A stretch of 63,850 nt of DNA, the filler included. It is 4 parts of 4 records of this genome, joined end to end, with 100 filler letters (N's around TTAATTAATTAA, not from the genome) between each part and the next. Parts side by side here need not be neighbours in the genome. Positions count along the whole stretch, not along the records: positions 38,970 to 49,855 come from SRR2962707_888; positions 49,956 to 63,850 come from SRR2962707_899; 2 more parts are not named here. The stretch is one strand, 5' to 3'. A model generated the notes under the pieces. It was not told the DNA's origin and did no database searches. It saw only the letters and a list, made by a program, of their open reading frames with translations. Both the position numbers and the translations under genes were made by a program. Positions 41,901 to 52,624 of this stretch are shown piece by piece. Each line of letters begins with the position of its first letter. Position 1 is the stretch's first letter.

Positions 41901-44900
41901 ATGGCAGATGGGGCAACAGCACTCCATATTGCTGCTGCAAAAGGGTCAATGAAGATGTTGACGATGCTCATCATGAAAAAAGCCGATCTCGATGTTTGCA
42001 TGAATGACGGAGAGTCAGCAATTGCTCTGGTGTGTTGCTGGGCTGGTTTTCTCATCGCCCTGTTTTCGTCGTGACTGAGACCGTTGACTGAATCTGTGAT
42101 CTCCGCGTTTCGAATGCAGGCATTCCGAACACGAAATTTTAGCATTGTAGACGAATTGCGGGGAGCTGGCGCAGACCCAAGTCAGGTGGACCCAGATGAG
42201 TTGGACAAGTGGCAAATGATGTAGGTTACTTGTTCATTGGTTTTGAACTCACTGCTTTAGTCGTGAAACAGCTAGCGTTAGCGGGCTCACGCGAACGCAC
42301 TGTTTGTTCAGGTATCAATCGCATTATGAAACCAAGAAGCGTGACGCATCACTCGAAGATGAGAATGCAAAGCGACCGCGCTGCGGGCAATGCGAACACT
42401 GTGTCCGCAATATTTACCACTTGCAACGGTGAGTGCATTGGTTTTGAAAAGAATATTTTGGCAGACAATTACTTGCGCAATGATAGAACTGCGTGGCAAA
42501 CAACTCAAGTTGCTGAATCAATTTGTACTGTTCAGGTATGGTCGAGCTGGGAAATTGCGATGCAAGCACGAAAAGGAGCTAATTTTGCAACGCACTCACC
42601 ATCGCGCATACTTCGGGCGAAATCCGGAGACCGGCGAGCTTACCGGTGGACGCGAGTATTTTCTTTGGGTTGAAAACGAAATCAACCGCAAAAGTGCAAC
42701 AAGGGCGCTGGTGTACAGCGGGAGTCTTGTTTCGAATGATGGAAACGAAGAATTTGACGATGGAAACCCGCAGCAGTCAAAGAAAAAAATGGATGCCGAA
42801 GGAAAAGAGGTCCCAGTGCCCCCTAAAACACACACCCGAGACCAGCTTGTCCGAGCTTTTCACGCTCGAAGAAAGACCTTGGATGCGACCGTCAAGACTT
42901 CGGGCGCCAAGTTGAAGGACTTAATGCATCAGCTTCAGACGAAGACAACTTTTTTTGTGCGGCAGCTTGCAGGGTCGGACGGCGGAGCTGGGCGTGACGT
43001 GGAGTAAGTGCCTGCCTTGTGATATTGCAAGCGCCAAGTGAGCCCACAGCAAGGTGCTTTCGGCGCGCTGCAGTGAGTCTCAATTGTTGCCTGTGTCGTT
43101 GTCCATCAAGGTACACCGACTCAGACTTGAAGCACGGAGTGAAACAACGCATGACAAAAAATCAGTGGCAAATGCAGTTGCTCGACACGATTGAAGCCGA
43201 AGAACAAGTGTACATGGCTGCGCGAAATGAGCTTCAGTGTTTGGATGCGTGGGTGCGAGGTGATGTGGTGGTAAAGTTGCAGCGGATGCGTCGACAGAGT
43301 CGTCGCAACGGCCGTCAGCTAGAGTTGTGGCACAATGCTATTGCCGCCATGAAAGGCCACAAGCAGAATGTTCAGACCAATCGCATAACGGCCTGGTACG
43401 CAATCGCACGCGCCCTGTTGAATGGCATGAGTGGTTGCGTGTCGGCTCATTGATGTTTGCGGGAAACTTGTACTGCAGGTATCGTGGTGTTGTGGCTCGT
43501 CGCCGTGTTCGAAAATTGAAACTAGTGCGAGAGTACAATGCGATTCACAATGCTGCAACGCTCATTCAAAAGATATTTCGCGGCAGGAGGGTAGCTGCAC
43601 TCGTGCCGAGCTTCAAGGAATCTGCAAAACAACACTATCTCGGCAAAATGGCAACTATTCTGCAACGAAGGTAAGCTTTGATCCAGGATTGTGAAAAGAT
43701 GACAGTGCCGGCATCCTGGTCGTCCGTGATCTTGTGTGCAAGGTGCTTTGCTGATTTGTTTGTCCTTCATTTGCGTTTGACCAGGTACTGGGAGTACCAA
43801 GCTATGTTGCAACAGCGGGAGTGGTTTCTTCAAAAAATGTCTTTGAAAAACGCGGCAAAAATGGCGCGCATTAACCACAGTGCCACCTTGATACAGAAGG
43901 TAGTGCGTGGACGCATTGGTCGCCGCAAGTTTTTCAGCATTATTGGGTATGTGACCAATGGTTCGGTTCAGCGTGAGTGCAATTCGCAACCTGGTGTCTT
44001 AATTACTTTTTGTTCGTATTTTGATGTTGCTTGTTGCCCGGTTATGCATTGGTCATGCATGGCACCTGATGTCGATTGGGAACTATCGTGCAGCCCACGT
44101 GTCTTGCATGGTGCATTACGTGGTCCACTGGAGGAATACCAGGATTCTGGGGACATTTGGAAGTTGTTGAACAAGCTCAACGAAACCTACCAGCAACTTG
44201 ACGCCCGGAACAAGCACGAGGATGAAACGTCAGAAATGTTTGTTGGCTCGCTTTTGAAATGGCGCACAGACTACGATGGAAAGTTGGCGGAGCAAAATCG
44301 TCAGAAAAGCTTTCGGGAGCAGGAGCTCAAGAAGGCTCGGGAAGTCCTTCTCGATGCAAATCTTCCCAATAACCCAAATGTTGTGATGGGGGGGAAGAAG
44401 CATCGCTGGACGGAGAAGGGCCCTGAGTGGTTGCAGAAGCAAGGGGAGACTATATCGCAATCAACACGAAAAAAGAAGCAAAAACCGAGGAAGGAGACCA
44501 ACGACTGCTCGGAAAAGTATTCACACCGGGGTCCTGACCACGCTCATGGTCCGAATGAGTCACGCAACTTCAGTGGCGATGCTAGCGACCCTGCCCACGA
44601 GAAAACAATTTCCGAGTGGGATGGGGACTGTGAAAATGACGCAGCAGGGGAGAGCGACAGTGATGAGGACAACGTCGACGCGTTTAATCCCCAAAAAGGG
44701 CTGAAACCGATCGTGATCCCCGCCTCGCTTGACCGTGTAGCGCCGCTGGATATTTACAGCCCCACATACAAGAAACCGGAGATTAAACTTGGTGGTTGGG
44801 TGAGTCTCGCGTGGACTAGAGACATCATTTTGCGGCGTGTTGGCTTGGGCAGAGCAGTACTAACCTTGTGTTGGGCTACCTTGTTTTGCAGGCCAAATCA

Positions 44901-47648
44901 ACTGCTCAGCTTGCGGTTTCGTCACCTTTCGATCTTGAATCCATGGACGAGCCTGTGTCACGGCTATTCCTGTACGTACTGGCAAGCTTTGCGATTCCAA
45001 TGCTCGAATTCCATCACGTTCGAACCTGCATTGATTCAAGCGTAATGCACGCGCTCGCAGATATGCGTGCATGAAGACCTATCCTCCTAGGCTCGAGGGA
45101 GGTCTCAGTTTTGATGCTGCTCTTGAAAAATGGTTTCGCGAGCCGCCATCGTTAAAAAAAGTGCGCGATGAGCAAATCCTTCGAGAACGAATTAAAGGGT
45201 GAGCTCTTGTGTTTTTGGCGTCAACTTGACCACACGATTGACGCAACTTGACCACACGATTGACGGTCTTTCTCTGTGATTTCTGGAGACCGGAAAGTAG
45301 CCGTTCTTATGTGTGGATTTTTGTACATTTTCACACTCATGCCGCAGATATGACCGCGTTCTTCAACAGCACAACATACGATTCATTGGTGATGCGCTCC
45401 ACGTTGACTTTTCAGCGCTGGGCTTTCCGTTGGAATTGGTTGAGAACCTGGATGCTTGCCTCATGGTATTCAAGCGGCGCGTCAAAAACAAAAATGCGAA
45501 CACTGTTGCTGCCTCCTACACGAGGGTTGGTAAGCAGTATCTTGTCTCAGACAAAAGCCGGTCACATCGTAGTACACAATCTCACGGGGAAAAGGCGCTT
45601 AGCCGACCATTGCTGCTTGATCCAAAGTCAAGTCATGAAATCGCAGTGGTTGTCAACAATGTTGACGAGGTTGAGGAAGTAAAACTTGCAGAAAATGCAC
45701 GGAAACGCCAGTTGCAGCAACGCATGGAGGTTTTGGATGAACTACTTCAAGATCGCTTAGACCGTCACGTAATTTCCGATGAGCAAGCCATAGCCTTGCG
45801 TGAAAAGCTCGCTGCGCAGTTTCGCGTCCCTGTCTTGGCGTCGTCTGCGCTGTCCTCCACGATTCGCCGACCTGCTGTCGACACAAACGGCAGAATTCTA
45901 TCTGGAGTGGAAACTGGGGGGCCTAAACGCCGCTCTGCAAATGCAAATGCATCGCTCACAAGGCATACTTCACTTGCTCTCGGGCACCAGCCGACTCATG
46001 CTATTCAAACAGCTGAACAGTGGATTTTGAAGTTGGATCAAGAGCAGGGAATTAACTTGTACCATGGGATGACTAGCACAGAGGCTGCAGTTCTGACGCG
46101 GCAGAGCAAGTTCAATGACTTGAAGCAACGCTTGCTGGTTTCGGCTCACGACCAACTACTCACGTATTTAGTGATGCGCCACCACGGAAACTTTCTCGAC
46201 CACAATCCACAGAACTCGCTGGTTTGTCGATCAGTTGATTCGTTTCTGCGTCGCTTACGGTCGTCTACACTCGGCTTAACTTGTACACTTCTGATCCCTC
46301 GTATTGTTTTTTGCACTGTTTGAAATCAACAACAGAACATTCTCGGGTTTCCGGGATCGCAACAGTTTCTCAGTGCTTTTGTGGCGCTGGCTGCGATGCG
46401 TGATGACGATGCCGACATCGGAGGGTGAGTAGTGTTGTTCATATCTCATGATACGGTGTCATGATTGCTCCCGATAATCCTCACTGTCGTTGAATTCTGT
46501 TTGCAACGACGCATGGTTTCGGCAGCGCAACAGGAACACTGGCCACTCGGCGCGCCAGAATTCAAAAAATGTCACACGAAGCGTTTGGGCTTGCGCGCCC
46601 GTACATTGTGGCTCTGAAGGCATCTCATGTTAGTACTGTGGGAGACCTTCTAACTGTTCGCCACTTGCTGGTTTCACCATCTACCACGCCCCGGTTCCAC
46701 GCTCAAGCACATGCCCAGGCATTGAGCCCTGTGAGTCGAAACAGCAATCACGTTGCAACCACTTCGGGGTTGCCAGCATTGCCAACGCCTCTGCAACTGG
46801 CAATTGATGCGGCTCTGCAGCACATTGTGTCTCTCGGGTCGTCGGGCGACCACCGGCGACAACAAGTTCACCGCGCACTCACTGGGCGCGGTGGAGTCAG
46901 GACTGCCCCTGCAGCAACCGTTAGGTCAAGCGCTTTGGTGGGAAACCTGGGGACTGGCAGCGCGGAGGGGATATCAAATGTGAGTGGCAGCAGTAGGACA
47001 TCGGGTAAGCTACCTCCTATCGTGTCGGGCGCTGACCAATTGTCGAAACGGCCGACGTCTGTGAGCAGCGAAAGGAGGTCCGGTTTTTCAGGTGACGAAA
47101 ATCCTTTCTTCGGCTATTCTCCACGGGGTTCAAGCCATAATCGTGTGGATGATTCACAATTTGATGCACGTAGCCCCGTCACAGGGCCAAGCAAACGCTC
47201 AAGGCATCCAGCGGAAAACACAACAGTCAGCGAAACTAAGCCCCAGTCTAATCGTCGCAAGAAGAAAGCACAAAGCGACATCAGTGAATTAGATTCCAAA
47301 GGAAGTCGAGGCTCAAGTCGAGCCAAGAAGCACGCCCAAACGCCCCCATCGAAAGCGCCAAAGACTGCAAAAGGCTCACGGCGCAACGCGTCAAACGCCC
47401 CAAAATCGCCCGGAGCAGCTGCACGCGCGTCCTTGAAACGGGCTGCAGTGCGCCCCACAAATGGCATTCTTGAGGAGCAGGAGCAAGAGTTCTTGCGACG
47501 AATCACCATGGCCGCGAAACAGAAGAATGCGACGCTGTCGAGGTCGCTACACACTCGCAAAGCCAAGGAACACGAGATTCAGGGGATGGGGGAACAACTC
47601 GATCGCATGTTGGACGCGAAAGCGCAACCTGGCCATTCACGCCGGTAA
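38970..47648 (+). CDS. Large eukaryotic SAP / ankyrin-repeat / CxxCxxC / IQ-motif protein, 17 predicted exons, 5' partial
   Basis: Frame-preserving GT-AG introns read by eye: 40160-40255, 40931-41034, 41246-41342, 41568-41669, 42030-42119, 42221-42311, 42429-42535, 43004-43110, 43396-43478, 43671-43784, 43947-44093, 44800-44891, 44972-45090, 45199-45347, 46222-46335, 46425-46525. Many GxTPLH-type ankyrin repeats; IQ motifs ATLIQKIFRG and ATLIQKVVRG. Confidence 0.7.
45222..45265 (+). repeat. Perfect 22-bp tandem duplication inside an intron
   Basis: CAACTTGACCACACGATTGACG twice. Confidence 0.95.
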
Positions 47649-47808
47649 ACAGCCACCTGTAGAAGTGGGGCGGAATGCGGAATGCGATGCCTTAATAAAA
47701 AATTATTTATTGATTTATTGATATGTTGTATGTCACGTTCGATAATGGTCAGAAACGTACCAGCGATGTAAGGCTCTTCAAGGCTTCATTCATGCCGTGG
47801 CCAAGAAA

Positions 47809-49775
47809 CTAAACACCTGCATCGTTTAAAAGGAGAGGGGCATCTCGACTAGAGGCAGACCCTGAGAATCGATCAACCAATTTTGTTGTTTCTGCGTTGG
47901 CAGGATCGTTTGCTCCAACAACATCAACAAGTTGCCCAGCAGCTTGGGTCGCGTTCGTTGGTGTGGCGCCGCTTGGGCTGCTTTCATCTTTCGGGAACTT
48001 CACCGCAAGTGTAAACACGAAGCCAACCAGACCAATTCCTCCGAAGAGAAGAAACGACAGGCCTTTAAAACCCACTTTAACCTCAAGGTCCCACACCGCC
48101 ACCTTAAGCAGTGGCGCGACCAACGATGATAGTTCTTGCAAAAATGCAAGGAGTCCCAGAGCGTTACCAAAATGCGCAGCGCCCATGGATCTTGTCAGGA
48201 ATGTTCGCACTACAGGGAACCTGACCACCATGCGAACAAAGGCGTTGGAGTCAATTACACGAAGGACACGAAAAGCCGGCGAACATGAAAAATACCGTGC
48301 ATCGTTGCGTTTATGTGTCGGGACGAACGTACATAAGCCCGTTGGCAAAACAGCTCGCCGCAACCAAGAAAAAGACCCACATTACTTGTGGGAAGGCGTA
48401 TAGAGTCCAAGTCACACACTGTGCACGTAGAGCCATGAAACACGTCGGGCTGTTGAGCATTGGGCATTCTTCAAGTTGGAAGAACTCAGACAAGTTTTTC
48501 GAGCAGATGAGCAGGGTGCACGAACCGTCATGGCTGCGGAAATAAGCATTATTGCCCGCTGGCTGATACACTTGGACAGCAATGGAAGAACAAAAAACAG
48601 GCCTGCAACAAAGAAGCGCCAGCGCTGAAGACCATGCACTGGGTGCCTGAATTGGGGCGCAAAGCAGAAAAAAGTTCAAAGCGCGTGCCCTTCTCACCAA
48701 TTGCACTCGAGGCAAAATAAATGCTTAAGATGTAGCTTTGGTCATTGTACTCCTGACCGGACGAAAAATAGGTGAGCAGATACAATGGCAACACGGTGGT
48801 CGCTGTGCTGGACGCGACCAACATAGTTGCATTGGATGCACCAAGAAACGCTACATCCCACGTTTTCACAGCGAAGAGTCCAGCAATGGGGTTGATCGAT
48901 GCCTGCAGCACAGAGCATCGTCAACTTCGAAACATCATGCAGCATCAACAAGCTTGCGTCCATTGCAAGAGTAGGCGCCGTTTCCATTGAACAAAAGCAC
49001 GCACCCAGGATATCTTTTTCTTCTTTCGCAACGTTTCTTTTGTGCAAGTAATGATAATCAGTACGGCGAGCAAGATGCTCCCTGCGCCCACAAAAAAGGT
49101 CTGCTGCATTCCGGCCGCTTCATGGTTAGGGGACAAAAGGTCTACTGCCAGGGTTGAAACGATTGGACCTGCCGAAATGCCGATCCAAAGCATGGATTCA
49201 ACAGCGCCAAACATGCTCGTGCGCTGCTTCGGGGACAAATCCGTCGTGATGTCCGCGACAGTCGCAAAAGTCAGAGCCAAGAAGCAGTACAGGCCGCCTG
49301 ACAGCCCACTGAGGGCCGCAAGGTAGACGCCATACGTGTAGAACAGCTCATGCGGAATTAAGGCGACACCAATCTGAAAGACCGCAAGCAACAGCCCGCA
49401 GAAAACCAGCATCCATTTGCGCCCGACCGTGTCGGCAAGTGTGCACCACAGTGGGCATGTGATCGCCTGCATAATGGACGTCGTGAGTGCAATTGCAGAT
49501 CCTTCGTTGTTGGCACTGATGGTGACGTTATTCCACCGAGGGTTGTTACTGTTGCTGTTGTTGCTGCTGCTATTGTGACAAATGGCAAATGTTGCATTGT
49601 AGAGGTTGAGGCAAGACAAGTCGATGTAGTACTGAGGAAGCACTGCAAAGACCCACGAGAAGCCAAGGCAGAGCAGCAACAGGGCAGACCCTGCAGTGAA
49701 TATGGGCAGATACACCTCGCGACAAGTCGAACCAGTGGGCGCGGGCACTGCTGGCGCATTGTCCTCGTCGTCCAT
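47809..49775 (-). CDS. Eukaryotic MFS transporter (SLC46/TetA-like), about 5 exons
   Basis: LADTVGRK (MFS motif A), FATVADIT....RTSMFG, many TM helices; introns include 48903-49004 and 48603-48697. Confidence 0.8.
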
Positions 49776-49828
49776 TTGCTGTTCTTGAATTGAAACGGAT
49801 TGCCGTCTGTCTGTCGTCTGCTTATATA

Positions 49829-49855
49829 TGTTGTTGTTGTTGTTGTTGTTGTTGT
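49829..49855 (+). repeat. (GTT)n microsatellite at contig end
   Basis: TGTTGTTGTT... directly before the linker. Confidence 0.9.
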
Positions 49856-49955
49856 NNNNNNNNNNNNNNNNNNNNNNNNNNNNNNNNNNNNNNNNNNNNT
49901 TAATTAATTAANNNNNNNNNNNNNNNNNNNNNNNNNNNNNNNNNNNNNNNNNNNN
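49856..49955. other. Artificial contig linker
   Basis: 44 N + TTAATTAATTAA + 44 N. Confidence 0.98.
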
Positions 49956-50801
49956 TACTCTAGTTTGGTTGTTTAGCCAAGCGTCGAGCTTTTTATTTTT
50001 TTCGGTATTAGAAATCCCTCCGTGGAAAAAAGTAGCGCTTATTCCTACTTTATTAAGTATTTCGCTTGTTTCTACGGTTGTTCTTCTTGTGCCTGCATAA
50101 ACAATTGCTGCGCCGGTATTTTCCTTAAGGAGCTGTTCTAGTTTAGAAATTTTATCTTCAGAGTGGTATACACGATACGATATATTCTCTCTTTTAAATG
50201 ATTTTTTTATGGTAATTGGATTCTTCAGATGAAGATTTTCAATAATGTCTTCAGCAACCATTTTTGTAGCCGAAGCAGTAAGTGCCATTACTGGAGTTTC
50301 TGGTAAAAGCTCTTTTAAAACTGCCGTATTTCTATAGGCGGGTCTAAAATCGTTTCCCCATTGAGAAATACAATGCGCTTCATCTATAGCAATTAAATTA
50401 ACATTCATTGCTTTAATACGTTCTTGAACCAAATCTTGTTGAAGGCGTTCTGGAGAGAGGTATAAAAATTTATAATTTCCGTAGATACAATTATCAAGAA
50501 GCGAATCTACTTCTGTATATTTTAATCCGCTGGTTAGAGCAATAGCTTTAATTCCTTTGTCTTTTAAAGCATTTACTTGGTCTTTTATTAGGGCAATTAA
50601 AGGAGAAACTACAATGCAAATTCCGTCATTAATAAGCGCTGGAACTTGAAAACAAACCGATTTTCCGCCTCCTGTAGGTAATAAAACTAAAGAATCTTTT
50701 TTGTCTAAAGCTTGCTGAATAATTTGTTCTTGTGGTTCTCTAAATGAAGAAAAACCCCAATATTTTTTTAAAACCTCATGAGGACTTTTTCTCGACTCCA
50801 T
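49956..50801 (-). CDS. recQ: RecQ-family ATP-dependent DNA helicase (3' end cut by contig edge)
   Basis: LPTGGGKS, SPLIALIKDQV, DEAHCISQWG.DFRPAY, ALTASAT. Confidence 0.93.
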
Positions 50802-50813
50802 TTATAAGCTATT

Positions 50814-51350
50814 TTACCGAAGATTATTTAATACAAAGTTAGCTCTTTCCGAAATACTTCCTTGAGGAACTTCTAAAAGCTCGTATCCGCTATCTAAATA
50901 TGTCTTTTTTAGATGATGATAGATCTCGGTTGCTTGCTCAAAATTTTCATACCGCTCGTTATCAGAAGTATAAATTGCTTCCCAAGGAGGGAGTAAAAAT
51001 ATTTGATGATACCGGTAATTCAAGCAAGCTTCCTTAAAATAAGAAGGATAATTGTCTTCTGCATAATCCATATAGGCAACAACATCTGGAATTCCACGGT
51101 CAAAAAAAATAGTTCCAGAAAGGATTTCAGATTCTTTATGCTGATTTATACGTCCTTCTAGTAATTTATTACTGAACAATAGTGGGTCGGTAAGAAAAAG
51201 CTGTTCAATGCCTTGAGCTTGTGCTTCTAAGGTAACTTGTCTAGAAATTTCTAATAAACACTGATGTCCATTTTCTTTTAAAAAATCAATTATAGATGTT
51301 TTTCCAGTTCCTGGACCTCCAGTAATAACTATTTTTTTGTTTGTACTCAT
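50814..51350 (-). CDS. AAA_28-like P-loop ATPase
   Basis: ITGGPGTGKTS, FFDRGIPD, LPPWEAIY.SD.ERYE; ATG at 51350 preferred. Confidence 0.85.
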   Translation of the reverse strand: MSTNKKIVITGGPGTGKTSIIDFLKENGHQCLLEISRQVTLEAQAQGIEQLFLTDPLLFSNKLLEGRINQHKESEILSGTIFFDRGIPDVVAYMDYAEDNYPSYFKEACLNYRYHQIFLLPPWEAIYTSDNERYENFEQATEIYHHLKKTYLDSGYELLEVPQGSISERANFVLNNLR

Positions 51351-51531
51351 AATTAAATCCCTCATAGAGGTATATTTTTTCAAAGCTTTCCTGAGTTTAT
51401 GGAAGGGCTTTAAGTCGAAATAAGTTAAATTTCCTTTGTTTAACTACCTCTAGGCTTGCCCTAAGGGAGTTGATTTCTAAAGAGCAAAATAACTAAATGA
51501 TATCGGAATTAAAAAATTGATTCGTAAATCC

Positions 51532-51539
51532 TATCTTTG
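51532..51539 (+). promoter_or_regulatory. Bacteroidota primary-sigma -7 element
   Basis: TATCTTTG matches TAnnTTTG, 18 bp upstream of the 51557 start. Confidence 0.6.
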
Positions 51540-51556
51540 CAGAAAAGAGATAGAAA

Positions 51557-51853
51557 ATGCAAGAGAAAGATAAAAAAGAAGTAGAAGAATTTTATGAGAG
51601 ACTAAAAGTGGAGTTGGATAGAACAACCACTTGGCCAGCGTTATATCTTTATAAATTTATTGTGCCAACTAGTGATGAGAAAATCAAGCAAATAGAAACT
51701 ATTTTTGACAATACTGGGGCGGTTATAAAAACAAAAACTTCATCAAACGGAAAATATACAAGCTTATCTATTGAAGTGAATTTAGATAGTTCTGATGCCG
51801 TAATACACAAATACAAAGAAGTTAGTGCAGTAGAAGGAGTTATTTCTTTATAA
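51557..51853 (+). CDS. DUF493-family protein
   Basis: WP..YLYKFIVP...SSNGKYTSLSI...GVISL. Confidence 0.88.
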   Translation: MQEKDKKEVEEFYERLKVELDRTTTWPALYLYKFIVPTSDEKIKQIETIFDNTGAVIKTKTSSNGKYTSLSIEVNLDSSDAVIHKYKEVSAVEGVISL

Positions 51854-51949
51854 ATTTCTTTAATACACCATAAAATTTGTTATTTTGCATAACAATAAAG
51901 ATGTATTGAAGCATCTTTATACTTCATTTTAAATAATATCATTTTAATT

Positions 51950-52606
51950 TTGGTTGAAAATATAGAATACAACAGCGAACGTCCTAAACTAATTATTCCT
52001 GAATATGGACGTCATATACAGAAAATGGTAGATTATGCCGTTTCAATTGAAGATAGAGAAGAACGAAACAAAGTAGCGCAAGCTATTATTGGAGTGATGG
52101 GGAATTTGAATCCGCATCTTAGAGACGTTTCAGATTTTCAGCATAAACTATGGGATCAGTTATTTATAATTTCTGATTTTAAATTGGATGCAGATTCACC
52201 ATACCCAAAACCAACACGAGAATTGTTGGAAGAGCGCCCACAGCCTTTAGAATATCCACAAAACCATCCTAAATATCGTTTCTATGGAAATAATATTAAG
52301 CGGATGATAGATGTTTGTATAAGCTGGGAAGAGGGAGAGTTGAAAGATGCACTAAAGTTTACCATAGCAAACCACATGAAAAAAAGTTACCTTAATTGGA
52401 ACAAAGATACGGTGGAAGATAAAGCTATTTTTAATCATTTATATGAATTGAGTGATGGTAAAATTAACTTAGCAAGGTTTGATGAAGATCTTACAGAAAG
52501 TAAAAATTTAGTACGTAGTAGGCCTACAAATAGTAAGTCTAGAACTACAAATACTAGAAAACACCATAACAATAACAATAAAGGAAGAAGTAAAAAACGA
52601 TACTAA
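51950..52606 (+). CDS. DUF4290-family protein
   Basis: EYNSER..LIIPEYGRHIQKMV, HKLWDQLFI; usual position upstream of murA in Bacteroidota. Confidence 0.85.
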   Translation: MVENIEYNSERPKLIIPEYGRHIQKMVDYAVSIEDREERNKVAQAIIGVMGNLNPHLRDVSDFQHKLWDQLFIISDFKLDADSPYPKPTRELLEERPQPLEYPQNHPKYRFYGNNIKRMIDVCISWEEGELKDALKFTIANHMKKSYLNWNKDTVEDKAIFNHLYELSDGKINLARFDEDLTESKNLVRSRPTNSKSRTTNTRKHHNNNNKGRSKKRY

Positions 52607-52624
52607 AAGCATACTAAATTTTAC

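Noticed and set aside
45222-45265. CRISPR array
   Set aside because: Two adjacent copies without spacer, inside a eukaryotic intron; no cas genes or repeat-spacer arrays anywhere in the window.
39021-47648. Fragmented ORFs as frameshifted pseudogenes or recoding
   Set aside because: Canonical GT-AG introns of ~80-150 nt account for every frame change.
29204-49855. Eukaryote-to-bacterium gene transfer or ankyrin effector island
   Set aside because: Bounded by artificial linkers and full of spliceosomal introns; these are separate contigs.
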